Source: Hyphomicrobiales bacterium (GTDB lineage Bacteria > Pseudomonadota > Alphaproteobacteria > Rhizobiales > Rhizobiaceae). From it: a DNA stretch of 64,000 nucleotides. Location of the stretch: positions 4,244 through 68,243 of the forward strand of contig JAJFHT010000071.1 in the NCBI GenBank assembly GCA_021775495.1, written 5' to 3'. The notes under the pieces were generated by a model. It searched no databases, had not been told where the DNA came from, and saw only the letters and a program-made list of their open reading frames with translations. The first letter of the stretch is position 1; each line of letters begins with the position of its first letter. A program made the translations under genes and the position numbers. Positions 9,653 to 18,394 of this stretch are shown here, piece after piece.

Positions 9653-10591
9653 CAGTTCTCCGGTGATCAGAAATAGCAATGCCGTGACGGTGACGACGGA
9701 ACCGATCGTCGTCACAAGAATGCTTGCCGATGCGCGTTCGACCCAGACACCATATTGCTGAGCGATGACGAAAACATTCGTTGCTGTAGGCAGAGCTGCC
9801 AGAAGGACGGCGGAAAACATCCAGACTGGTGAAAAATCACCGACCCAGCTCAGTACAAGATAGCAGATGATCGGGTGGATAATCAGTTTGATCACGGTGA
9901 TCGGCAGCAATTCACGCGGCATTCGCCTGATTGGCCGAAGTGCCAGTGTCACTCCCATGGCAAAAAGTGCACAGGGAGCGGCAGCGCGCGCCAGATATTC
10001 CAGCAGTTGTTCCACCGGCACCGGAGGTCTGACTTCGAAATAGGCAGCAGAGACACCGATGGCGGTGGCGATTATGAAAGGATGCAACACGATTTTTCTG
10101 ACAACATCATAGAGCAGCCGACTGGCACGGCGGGGATCATCGCCGGCCAATGCCATCAATGTCGGCGCAACAGCAAAATGCATGATGTTTTCGAAACAGA
10201 AGATCAGCGCGACCGGGACAGCGGCTTGGTCGCCGAAAACCAGCAACGCAAGTCCGGGCCCCATGTAACCGATATTGCCATATGCCGCAGACAGACCCTG
10301 GATGGTGCTCTCAGCCACGTTGCCACGGGTTCGTATTGTGGCAATCAGGAACATCAAAGCGAACATGATGTAGGTACTGAGGACCGAGCCGGCGATGAAA
10401 CTCCACTCCGAGAGCTTCTCAAAGGGGGTTTTTGCAAGCAGTTGGAAAAACAATGCCGGCAGTGCGAGGTAGATGACAAACGTGTTCATCCAACCGAGCG
10501 CCTCGGCTGGTTGCCTGGTGATTCTGGCGACCAGGAATCCCAGAAAAATCAATCCAAATAGCGGGAGTACAAGACCGACGACGTCTGACAT
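9623..10591 (-). CDS. AEC (auxin efflux carrier) family transporter
   Basis: 322-aa polytopic membrane protein with AEC-like N-terminal (PLFGLIFLGFL) and C-terminal halves. Its 3' end overlaps the convergent monooxygenase by 30 nt. Confidence 0.8.
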   Translation of the reverse strand: MSDVVGLVLPLFGLIFLGFLVARITRQPAEALGWMNTFVIYLALPALFFQLLAKTPFEKLSEWSFIAGSVLSTYIMFALMFLIATIRTRGNVAESTIQGLSAAYGNIGYMGPGLALLVFGDQAAVPVALIFCFENIMHFAVAPTLMALAGDDPRRASRLLYDVVRKIVLHPFIIATAIGVSAAYFEVRPPVPVEQLLEYLARAAAPCALFAMGVTLALRPIRRMPRELLPITVIKLIIHPIICYLVLSWVGDFSPVWMFSAVLLAALPTATNVFVIAQQYGVWVERASASILVTTIGSVVTVTALLFLITGELLPPDLFPSG

Positions 10592-10594
10592 CTC

Positions 10595-10857
10595 AGAGCA
10601 TATCTTGTTTATGCGGAAGCATTTGATGGGCCAGATCGGTTTGCTCGCCTAGGCGCGGAGCGCCGCGCGATGTGGTGCATCGGGCAAGCTTGGCAACGAC
10701 GCCGACGAACCGATATGGACCACCGAAGGCTGGATTTACGCGCCCGCTGGACTGCGTTGCGCTCCAATTGTGGTCATTAAGACCACGGCATGGAACGCGC
10801 CTTGCCAGCAAACCCGTAAATCCAGTCAAATGATTCCGTATAAACAAGATGTGCTCT
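10595..10857. repeat. 263-bp nested palindromic element (MITE/RIME-like repeat or structured RNA)
   Basis: Terminal inverted repeats 10595-10630 and 10822-10857 match at 31/36. Internal stems: 10631-10641/10708-10718, 10730-10740/10815-10825 (11 bp, perfect), GCGCGG-agcg-CCGCGC, and GTGGTC-attaa-GACCAC. Confidence 0.55.
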
Positions 10858-10974
10858 CACCTGAGAATGTTTACCTCAAATCCGCTAACTTGCTCAGGTA
10901 GGCCACGTCAATCCAACGAAGGGATTGATTTGGCGGCGGTGCTGCGCCACATACAGCCTGAAAGGTGAACATCA

Positions 10975-11307
10975 ATGGGGCAGATGAAACAGGCCAAGTT
11001 TGAGATCGGACAGGTTGTCCGGCACCGGAAGTTTCCGTTTCGCGGCGTGATCTATGACGTCGATCCGGTGTTCGATAACACCGAGGAATGGTACGAATCC
11101 ATCCCGGCCGAAATTCGCCCGCGCAAGGATCAGCCTTTTTATCATCTGCTTGCCGAAAATGATGAGACTGAATACGTCGCCTATGTATCGGAGCAGAACC
11201 TGCTGCCCGACGAGAGCGGCGAACCCGTCCGCCATCCGCAGATCAGCGAGTTCTTCGAAAAGACCGATGATGGCCGATACGAGCCGAAAAGATCGGCGCA
11301 CCACTAA
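10975..11307 (+). CDS. hspQ: heat shock protein HspQ (YccV-like hemimethylated-DNA-binding domain)
   Basis: 110 aa. KFEIGQVVRHRKFPFRGVIYDVDPVF...QPFYHLLAENDE is the conserved HspQ core. AAAGGTGA RBS. Confidence 0.85.
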   Translation: MGQMKQAKFEIGQVVRHRKFPFRGVIYDVDPVFDNTEEWYESIPAEIRPRKDQPFYHLLAENDETEYVAYVSEQNLLPDESGEPVRHPQISEFFEKTDDGRYEPKRSAHH

Positions 11308-11311
11308 CGCT

Positions 11312-12001
11312 TCAGTCGTTTTCGAACAATCCCGCTTTTGCTGCAAGGCCTGCCATGGCTCCACCGATCATCGGTGCGGCGATGTAGAGCCACAGCTGGC
11401 CAATGGCGGTTGCTCCGGCAAACAGTGCCGGACTAATGGAGCGCGCCGGGTTCAGTGACGTGCCGGATACCGGATAGAACGCAATATGGAGCGCCACCAG
11501 TGTCAGGCCGATAACCAGCCCGGAGAGCATGGTCGCGTGTTTTTTACTGGTGACACCGAGAAAGACGGTCACAAAGACAAACGTCACGACAACCTCGGTT
11601 ATGAAAGCCGCGCCTGTCCCAAAACCGTTTTCGGGATCCCAGCCGCTCTGCCCAAAACCCGAGGCGGAAATATCGTAACCACCGGCTTTGTCCGCGACAA
11701 TCACATAGAGCACGATCGAGGCAATGATGGCTCCGGCAATCTGGGCGATCATGTAGGGCAAGACGTCCTTTGCAGGCAGTCTGTCGGCAAGAAATACCCC
11801 TAAAGTCACGGCCGGGTTGAGATGCGCGCCGGAAACCGGCCCGACGGCATAGGCCATGGCAACCCATGCGATACCAAACGAAAACCCGACACCAAACGCG
11901 CCTGCAGGAACAATACCGCCAAAACCCCCGGTGACCACCGACGCGCAACCGATAAGAACAAGACAAAATGTGCCGAAAATCTCGGCAATATATGATTTCA
12001 T
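11312..12001 (-). CDS. aqpZ: aquaporin Z
   Basis: 229 aa with two NPA boxes (HLNPAVTLG, SLNPARSIS) and six hydrophobic segments. Confidence 0.9.
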   Translation of the reverse strand: MKSYIAEIFGTFCLVLIGCASVVTGGFGGIVPAGAFGVGFSFGIAWVAMAYAVGPVSGAHLNPAVTLGVFLADRLPAKDVLPYMIAQIAGAIIASIVLYVIVADKAGGYDISASGFGQSGWDPENGFGTGAAFITEVVVTFVFVTVFLGVTSKKHATMLSGLVIGLTLVALHIAFYPVSGTSLNPARSISPALFAGATAIGQLWLYIAAPMIGGAMAGLAAKAGLFEND

Positions 12002-12089
12002 TATTGTTACCTCATGCCCCGTCTACTGGTTCAAGCACAGCAACTGCCAACGGTAAGAAATACGCCGCATTCATGCGAAATTGAAGCAT

Positions 12090-13067
12090 TTATGAGACGG
12101 CAATTTCTCCTTGTTTCGCTTCATGTTTCCCCAAAGTGTCCTGCCACAGCTGTTCCGTTTTTTTAGTTTTGGCAGCCAACTCGACTTTCAATTCGCCGAC
12201 AAACTCACTTATCGCCGGTGTCCGGCGGCGTCCGTGAGACATGATGCCGAACTGGCGGTGAGGTCCCGGTAAACGAAATGGCAGCAAACTAACCTCCCCC
12301 GCCGCCACCAGACCGGCGACGACCAAATTTGGCAGAACCGTGAGAGCGTCGGTTGAAAGCAATGACATGCGAACAGCTCCGGCAGAAGAACTTTCCAAGG
12401 CCATGCGCTTGAGGTGTGAAACGCCCGATGCAAGCAGGGATGCACGCATGTCCTGATAGAGGTTGCTGTTGCGGCTATGCGAGATCCAACTGGCTTGAGC
12501 AAGCATCTCGACCGATATGTGCGGGGCCGCGAGATAGGGATGCCCTGGCCGGCAGGCGATGACGTTTCTGTCAAAAAACTGGGCCTCGATGTTCAGTTCG
12601 CTGCTTTCAAGTATCTCCACTGGACCAACGACGACATCAAGCTGGTCATCCACCAGCATTTCACGCAGTCCATGTGCGTAATTGACCTGCAGCACGATAT
12701 GCACGCCGGGCGCAGTATTCAGCCGTCGACCGATGAACTCTCCTATCACCCGCTCGGCAAAAAACGGCGGAGCACCAATTCTGACCTCACCCTGTTGCCC
12801 TGTCGACGAGCGGTTGGCTATCGCCGACGCTTGCTCGGCAGCCGAGCGGATGTTGCGTCCCTGCTCGGCCAGGCTGAGACACAATTCCGTCGGCACAAGC
12901 GCCTTGCGCCGGGATGTGAACAGAGCGCCGCCAAGCCGGTTTTCAAGATCCGTCAATAATCGGCTCAACGCCGGTTGGCTGGTGTTCAATTGCCGCGCTG
13001 CGACCGTCAGGGACCGCTTGTCTACGATTTCCGCCAGTTGAATAAGATGTCGTGGATCCAGTTTCAC
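12090..13067 (-). CDS. LysR-family transcriptional regulator
   Basis: N-terminal wHTH (LTVAARQLNTSQPALSRLLTDLE) plus a LysR substrate-binding domain. GTG start with a GAGGAGG RBS. Divergent from the TRAP operon. Confidence 0.85.
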   Translation of the reverse strand: MKLDPRHLIQLAEIVDKRSLTVAARQLNTSQPALSRLLTDLENRLGGALFTSRRKALVPTELCLSLAEQGRNIRSAAEQASAIANRSSTGQQGEVRIGAPPFFAERVIGEFIGRRLNTAPGVHIVLQVNYAHGLREMLVDDQLDVVVGPVEILESSELNIEAQFFDRNVIACRPGHPYLAAPHISVEMLAQASWISHSRNSNLYQDMRASLLASGVSHLKRMALESSSAGAVRMSLLSTDALTVLPNLVVAGLVAAGEVSLLPFRLPGPHRQFGIMSHGRRRTPAISEFVGELKVELAAKTKKTEQLWQDTLGKHEAKQGEIAVS

Positions 13068-13078
13068 AGGGCCTCCTC

Positions 13079-13097
13079 ACATATCAGTATGATATGT
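13079..13097. promoter_or_regulatory. candidate LysR-type (T-N11-A) operator
   Basis: Dyad ACATATCA-gta-TGATATGT containing T-N11-A, in the lysR/TRAP divergent intergenic region and adjacent to the lysR RBS. Confidence 0.35.
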
Positions 13098-13196
13098 ATA
13101 GCTTGGAAAATACAATTTCACATCATCTCGTGCCAATCCTATTCTGCCCGCGAAACGGGCGCTCAATCAGATCGTCGTCATGTTGGGAGGAATATC

Positions 13197-14234
13197 ATGC
13201 GCTGGATATCAAGATTTGCGGCGACAATTGGAATTGCCGCGGTGGCTGCGATTTCAAGCGGTCAAGCCGAAGCCGCGACACGTCTGCTGGTAAATTGTTT
13301 CTGGCCGCCCCAACACTATGTCTGCAAATCAGTGCTACCAACCTGGGGGAAATGGGTCGAGGAAGCCACAGAGGGCCGGGTGAAAATCTCCATCCCGCCT
13401 AAATCCGTTGCCGCACCGCCCGAGCAATGGGACGCGGTGGCAAAGGGAATTGCGGACGCCGCACCGCAATTCAACGGATTTATCCAGAACCGGATTACCG
13501 GCCCGTTGGTGGCGATGAACCCCTTCATCGCCACGGTCGACGCGCAGGCAATGTCGTCGGCACTCTGGGAAACCTACCAGAAGTATTTTCCGGACGAGTA
13601 TGACGGCGTCCACCTGCTCTCCATGTGGGTCATCACTCCGGCCGAACTCTACAGTCAGACAGACAAGCCGCTGAATTCGATCGAAGACTTGAAGTCGCGG
13701 AAGATCTGGGCGCTGCCCGGGACACTTGCCCTGACCATGAAAAATGTTGGTGCAGGTGTTGTCGCTGGCCCCGCTGTTCAGGCCAATGAAATTATCTCCC
13801 GCGGTGTGGTAGACGCCCATGTCGGCCTCAGCCCGACTGCCGTCCGCGACTTTCAGGTCATTCCCTACACAAAATCCATGACGAAGTTCAAAAAGCGCAT
13901 TTATTCGACCAGCTTTTCCTTCTTCGTCAACGAGGACAAATGGGCTGAAATTTCTCCCGAGGATCAGGCAAAGATCACTGCTGTCAGCGGAAAAAAGTTT
14001 GCCCGCATGGCATCGGAACACTGGATGCGCAAAGATGCGACGGCATTGGAGGAGTTCAAAAAGGCCGGCATCAAGATCATTGATGCTGATCCTGCATTTG
14101 AGGCGGCGCTGGCAGAAGCTGCTGAGCCGTTCAAGAAAAAATGGCTTGCCAAAATGGAGAGCAAGGGCCTCGACGGTCAGGGCGCGTATGATTTCTACAT
14201 CAAGCGGATTCAAGAATTGTCAAAGGGCAACTGA
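13197..14234 (+). CDS. TRAP transporter substrate-binding protein (DctP family)
   Basis: Start re-set to the ATG at 13197 (MRWISRFAATIGIAAVAAISSGQAEA signal peptide) with a GGGAGG RBS. DctP-like fold motifs (GRVKISI..., ISRGVVDAH). Confidence 0.85.
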   Translation: MRWISRFAATIGIAAVAAISSGQAEAATRLLVNCFWPPQHYVCKSVLPTWGKWVEEATEGRVKISIPPKSVAAPPEQWDAVAKGIADAAPQFNGFIQNRITGPLVAMNPFIATVDAQAMSSALWETYQKYFPDEYDGVHLLSMWVITPAELYSQTDKPLNSIEDLKSRKIWALPGTLALTMKNVGAGVVAGPAVQANEIISRGVVDAHVGLSPTAVRDFQVIPYTKSMTKFKKRIYSTSFSFFVNEDKWAEISPEDQAKITAVSGKKFARMASEHWMRKDATALEEFKKAGIKIIDADPAFEAALAEAAEPFKKKWLAKMESKGLDGQGAYDFYIKRIQELSKGN

Positions 14235-14253
14235 ACCCGGATAAGATCGTAAT

Positions 14254-14769
14254 ATGCACCAGCACTCAAATGCGCGCGCAGTGCTAAAACAGACGTTGCG
14301 CGCGCTTGAAGTTGTCTCGGCCATTCTGCTGTTTGTCATGATGGTCCTGACATTCGCTGATGTCATTGGACGATATGTATTCACAGCTCCGATCTACGGG
14401 GCAGCCGAGATGGTGCAATTTCTTCTGGCGATGACAATTTTCGCCGGGCTTGGCCTGGTGAATGCGCATGACCAGCATATCGTTGTGGAATTGTTCGAAC
14501 CAGCGCTCGACCGCTATTTCGCCAGGACGAGGCGAGTGATCGTGCAGTTGTTTTCAGTAATGGTAATGGCCATCATAGCGTTCGAGCTGACAAATTTTGC
14601 AATCGAAGCGCAACAACAAGAAAAAGCGACAGTTGTGCTTGAATGGCCACTCGTCGTGGTCGCCGGTACAGTCGCCTTTTTCTCGGCATTGAGTCTCGTT
14701 CTGCAAATTGCCGGGTTGCTTATCGGAGAAGAGACCTCGGCAGCCGACCATCAGGGTGGTGCGCTTTGA
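14254..14769 (+). CDS. TRAP transporter small permease (DctQ family)
   Basis: 171 aa with four hydrophobic helices, positioned between the SBP and the large permease. Confidence 0.8.
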   Translation: MHQHSNARAVLKQTLRALEVVSAILLFVMMVLTFADVIGRYVFTAPIYGAAEMVQFLLAMTIFAGLGLVNAHDQHIVVELFEPALDRYFARTRRVIVQLFSVMVMAIIAFELTNFAIEAQQQEKATVVLEWPLVVVAGTVAFFSALSLVLQIAGLLIGEETSAADHQGGAL

Positions 14770-16061
14770 CGACCGCCCTGATCGGGTTCGCCGCCTTGAT
14801 CCTGATGTGTTTCTTCGGGTTCCGCGTGGGTTTCGCGACACTGTTCGTCGGTCTCGTCGGATTTGCGTTTGAACGCGGCTGGTCCGCTGCGTTTGCGATG
14901 ACAGGTTCGCAGATCATGGACGACGCGATGAACTACAATCTCAGCGTCATTCCGCTTTTTGTGCTGATGGGTGTTTTCATCTACCGCGCCGATATCTCAA
15001 AGGACCTTTATCAGGCCGCCTATTCCGGCCTTGGCGGATTTCGGGGTGGACTGGCGTTATCAACCGTCGTCGCATGCGCAGGATTTTCGGCCGTATGTGG
15101 CTCGTCGCTGGCAACGGCGGCGACCATGACCAAGGTGGCAATGCCGCCAATGCGCAAATACGGCTATCAGGACAGCCTGGCATCCGGGACAATCGCCGCA
15201 GGGGGAACGCTGGGCATCATGATCCCGCCGTCGGTGCCCCTCGTCATTTACGGCATCGTAGCGGAGCAGGACATTGGCAAGCTGTTCATTGCCGGCGTCC
15301 TGCCCGGCATATTGCTGGTGGCGCTTTTCATGGGGGCTGTTGCCGTCACCGTCCGCCACAACCCGGAAGCCGGGCCTGCCGGCGACCCTCTTCCTGCAGA
15401 AGACGTTCGTCGCGCATTGCGCTCGGTATGGCCGGTTCTGGGATTGTTTGTGGTCGTGCTCGGCGGCATTTACGGCAGCATTTTCACGCCTACGGAAGCT
15501 TCGGGAATCGGCGCCTTTGGCGCCGCGGTCATTGCCCTGTCGCGTGGTCATCTGTGGAAGCTGACGGAGTGGAAGGACGCGTTGGTCGAAGCGGTCAAAA
15601 CGACATCCACCCTTTTCATTGTCATATTTGGCGCCCTGGTTTTTGCCCAGTTCATCAATCTTTCCGGGATGCCATATGACCTGCTCGATCTGATCGACGA
15701 ACTGAAGCTTTCACCGACCGGTCTGGTCATCGCGGTCGCCATCATTGCCGTCCTCATGGGAATGGTTTTTGAGTCCATCGGCATCCTGTTGCTGTTGGTC
15801 CCGGTCTTCCTCCCGTCTCTCTATGATGCGGGTGTCGACATGATCTGGTTCGGCATCATTGTTGTGCTGGTGACCGAACTCGGCCTGATCACGCCGCCCA
15901 TCGGAATGAACGTCTTTGTGGTGAAATCGGTGATGCCGGACATTGAACTCGGCGCCATCTTCAAAGGCGTTGTTCCATTCATTGCAGCCGATGTATTGGC
16001 GCTGATCCTGGTGTTTCTTGTCCCTGGCATCGCCGTCTGGCTGCCGGCATTGATGCGATAA
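14766..16061 (+). CDS. TRAP transporter large permease (DctM family)
   Basis: Polytopic protein of about 431 aa. TTG start at 14766 overlaps the dctQ TGA (TTGA), giving the usual DctM length. The track ORF start at 14643 lies inside dctQ. Confidence 0.85.
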   Translation: MTTALIGFAALILMCFFGFRVGFATLFVGLVGFAFERGWSAAFAMTGSQIMDDAMNYNLSVIPLFVLMGVFIYRADISKDLYQAAYSGLGGFRGGLALSTVVACAGFSAVCGSSLATAATMTKVAMPPMRKYGYQDSLASGTIAAGGTLGIMIPPSVPLVIYGIVAEQDIGKLFIAGVLPGILLVALFMGAVAVTVRHNPEAGPAGDPLPAEDVRRALRSVWPVLGLFVVVLGGIYGSIFTPTEASGIGAFGAAVIALSRGHLWKLTEWKDALVEAVKTTSTLFIVIFGALVFAQFINLSGMPYDLLDLIDELKLSPTGLVIAVAIIAVLMGMVFESIGILLLLVPVFLPSLYDAGVDMIWFGIIVVLVTELGLITPPIGMNVFVVKSVMPDIELGAIFKGVVPFIAADVLALILVFLVPGIAVWLPALMR

Positions 16062-16106
16062 ACCGGCCCGGGAACCTGAAAACATGCAAATTCGAGGATG
16101 CTATTG

Positions 16107-17693
16107 ATGAGTTCAAAGGTGAAGAACATTCTCTTCATAATGGCCGACCAGCTGCGGTGGGATTATCTGTCCTGCTATGGTCATCCGACGCTAGATACGC
16201 CGAATATCGACAAGCTGGCGGAAATGGGCGTCCGGTTTGATCGGGCCTATGTTCAATCGCCGGTCTGCGGTCCATCGCGGGCCTCCTATTACACCGGCCG
16301 GACGGTGTTCAGCCACGGCGCCACCTGGAACCGCGTGCCGTTGCCGATTGGTGAAATGACGATCGGAGACTATCTGCGTCCCTTGGGGATACAGACCGCA
16401 GTTGTCGGCAAAACACACATGATGCCGGATCGTGATGGCATGAGCCGATTTGGTCTGACTGAAGATACCGAGATCGGCATCCAGGTTTCGCAACCGGGAT
16501 TTGATCCATATGAGCGCGACGACGGGCTGCATCCAGATGAGTTGCTGAAACGCAAGGGCGGTAAGTTGCGTTACAATGATTGGCTGCGCAAACAGGGCTA
16601 CGACGCGGAAAACCCCTGGAATGAATTCGCCAATTCGGCGGAAGGTCCGAATGGTGAAGTGCTTTCGGCATGGGACCTCAGGAATTCAGCAAAACCGGCC
16701 CGTGTCGACAGGAAGCATTCCGAAACGGCCTATATGACGATGCGCGGCATCGAATTCATGGAGGAGATGGGTGACCGGCCGTGGCTGTTGCATCTTTCCT
16801 ATATCAAACCACACTGGCCCTATATCGCGCCGGCGCCCTATCACAGCATGTTCGGGCCAAACAGCTTTCTGCCGCCCTGCCGCTCGGATAGCGAGCGTCA
16901 GGATCCGAATCCCGTGTTCGACGCATTCATGAACATGCAGGTTTCCAAGACCTTCTCGCGCGACGAAGTCCGTGAAACCGTTCTGACCGGATATATGGGC
17001 CTGATAAAGGAAATTGATGATCACGTTGGCCGAACACTCGACTACCTCGAAAAATCCGAGCGCATGAAGGATACCATGATCGTATTCACTTCCGATCATG
17101 GCGACTATCTTGGCGATCACTGGATGGGTGAAAAGGAATTGTTCCACGAACAATCCGTACGTGTGCCATTGATAATCTATCACCCCGACGAGCGCGCCAA
17201 CGCCACCCGCGGGTCGGTCAATACAGATTTCGTCGAAGCAATAGATCTCGTGCCGACATTCATTGATGCCACCGGCGCGGAGCCGCCATCACACAGACTT
17301 GAGGGCCGTTCCATCCAACCGTTGCTGTTGGGAGAACGACAAGAAGCGGCACGCGATCACGTCTTCAGCGAAATCGACTACGCGTTCTACGCCGCGCGCG
17401 ACATACTTGACGTCGGGCCAGCCGATGCCCGCGGTTACATGATAAGGACCGACCGATGGAAATACATCCATTTCAAAGGATTTCCACCACAGCTGTTTGA
17501 TCTGGAGAACGACCCCGATGAGTTTGAAGACATCGGCAGAACACCCGGTTACGAACCGGTGCGTGAGGAACTGAAAGAAATCCTATTCGAGCGCCTCCTG
17601 GATCGAAAGAACCGCGTCACAATGACCGACCAGGAAGTTCTCAATATGCGACAGGACGAAAGTAAGGGCGGAATCGTTATCGGTCGTTGGTAA
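16107..17693 (+). CDS. sulfatase-family hydrolase, phosphonate-monoester-hydrolase (PMH)-like, Cys-type
   Basis: NILFIMADQLRWDYLSCYGHP, a C-x-P-x-R motif (CGPSR), FLHLSYIKPHWPY, and TSDHGDYLGDH. Resembles rhizobial/Burkholderia PMH as I recall them. The ATG at 16107 sits at a better distance from the GAGG RBS than the ATG at 16098. Confidence 0.8.
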   Translation: MSSKVKNILFIMADQLRWDYLSCYGHPTLDTPNIDKLAEMGVRFDRAYVQSPVCGPSRASYYTGRTVFSHGATWNRVPLPIGEMTIGDYLRPLGIQTAVVGKTHMMPDRDGMSRFGLTEDTEIGIQVSQPGFDPYERDDGLHPDELLKRKGGKLRYNDWLRKQGYDAENPWNEFANSAEGPNGEVLSAWDLRNSAKPARVDRKHSETAYMTMRGIEFMEEMGDRPWLLHLSYIKPHWPYIAPAPYHSMFGPNSFLPPCRSDSERQDPNPVFDAFMNMQVSKTFSRDEVRETVLTGYMGLIKEIDDHVGRTLDYLEKSERMKDTMIVFTSDHGDYLGDHWMGEKELFHEQSVRVPLIIYHPDERANATRGSVNTDFVEAIDLVPTFIDATGAEPPSHRLEGRSIQPLLLGERQEAARDHVFSEIDYAFYAARDILDVGPADARGYMIRTDRWKYIHFKGFPPQLFDLENDPDEFEDIGRTPGYEPVREELKEILFERLLDRKNRVTMTDQEVLNMRQDESKGGIVIGRW

Positions 17694-17715
17694 CTTCTGA
17701 TTGCGGCATCAAATG

Positions 17716-17744
17716 AAAAAGGCGGAGCCAAGCCCCGCCTTTTG
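17716..17744. terminator. bidirectional intrinsic terminator between convergent sulfatase and ialB
   Basis: aaaaa-GGCGGAGC-caa-GCCCCGCC-tttt. 8-bp stem with one mismatch, A run upstream and T run downstream. Confidence 0.5.
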
Positions 17745-17767
17745 AAAATTCCATGAAACCGGAACGA

Positions 17768-18394
17768 TCAGTTGGATTGCTGCTGTTTGGCCTTTTCCTG
17801 TTCGGCCCGCAGTTTCTTTTCAAACTCGCCCTTGCGCTTCTCCAGTTCAGACTGAAGCTTCTGCTGGCGGTCCTGGATGTCAGACTGTTTCAGAGCCGGT
17901 CCGTCATAGGCCTGGGTGAATCCAGCCAGGGAAATCTTGATCGGGTTGGGTTTGTTCTGGAAGTTGACCGAGGTCAGCGTCAGTTCCCCACCCTTCTTCA
18001 GCGAAGCCACCAGTTTGTCATTCATCGCTGCTTCGGCGACACAGCGGTCCGGGAAACAAAGGGCGTAGTCGATCTTCTGGGCTTTCGCACCATCGATCTG
18101 CATGCCAATGCCCGGCAGGATCAACCGTCCGGTGGGAACGGAAATCTGGAATACCTTGCGGTTCACCTTTCCCTTGATTTCGATCAGGCTGATGCCGGTG
18201 ATCATCTGCCCCGTATCAGCCATAACGATGTTCTGGACATTGCAGATATCGTTGTCTGCCTGTTTCGAACACACTTTGAACCAGCCCTGCGGAATCTGCT
18301 GCGCGGCGGCGGGCGCCAGGCCTGAGGCGATCAGACCGACTGCTCCGGCAACTGCGAACATCACGCGGGAAGCAACGGATTTCCTGCTCTTCAT
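17768..18394 (-). CDS. invasion-associated locus B (IalB) family protein
   Basis: Start set to the ATG at 18394 (MKSRKSVASRVMFAVAGAVGLIASGLAPAAA signal peptide) with a GAGGA RBS. IalB core (GWFKVC...ALCFPDRC...). Charged K/E/Q C-terminal tail. Confidence 0.8.
   Translation of the reverse strand: MKSRKSVASRVMFAVAGAVGLIASGLAPAAAQQIPQGWFKVCSKQADNDICNVQNIVMADTGQMITGISLIEIKGKVNRKVFQISVPTGRLILPGIGMQIDGAKAQKIDYALCFPDRCVAEAAMNDKLVASLKKGGELTLTSVNFQNKPNPIKISLAGFTQAYDGPALKQSDIQDRQQKLQSELEKRKGEFEKKLRAEQEKAKQQQSN

Noticed and set aside
10593-10847. 84-aa minus-strand ORF coinciding with the palindromic element
   Set aside because: It starts at a TTG inside the right inverted repeat and has no RBS. Its Arg/Gly-rich sequence has no recognisable fold, and its boundaries simply mirror the palindrome. 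A non-coding explanation is more parsimonious.
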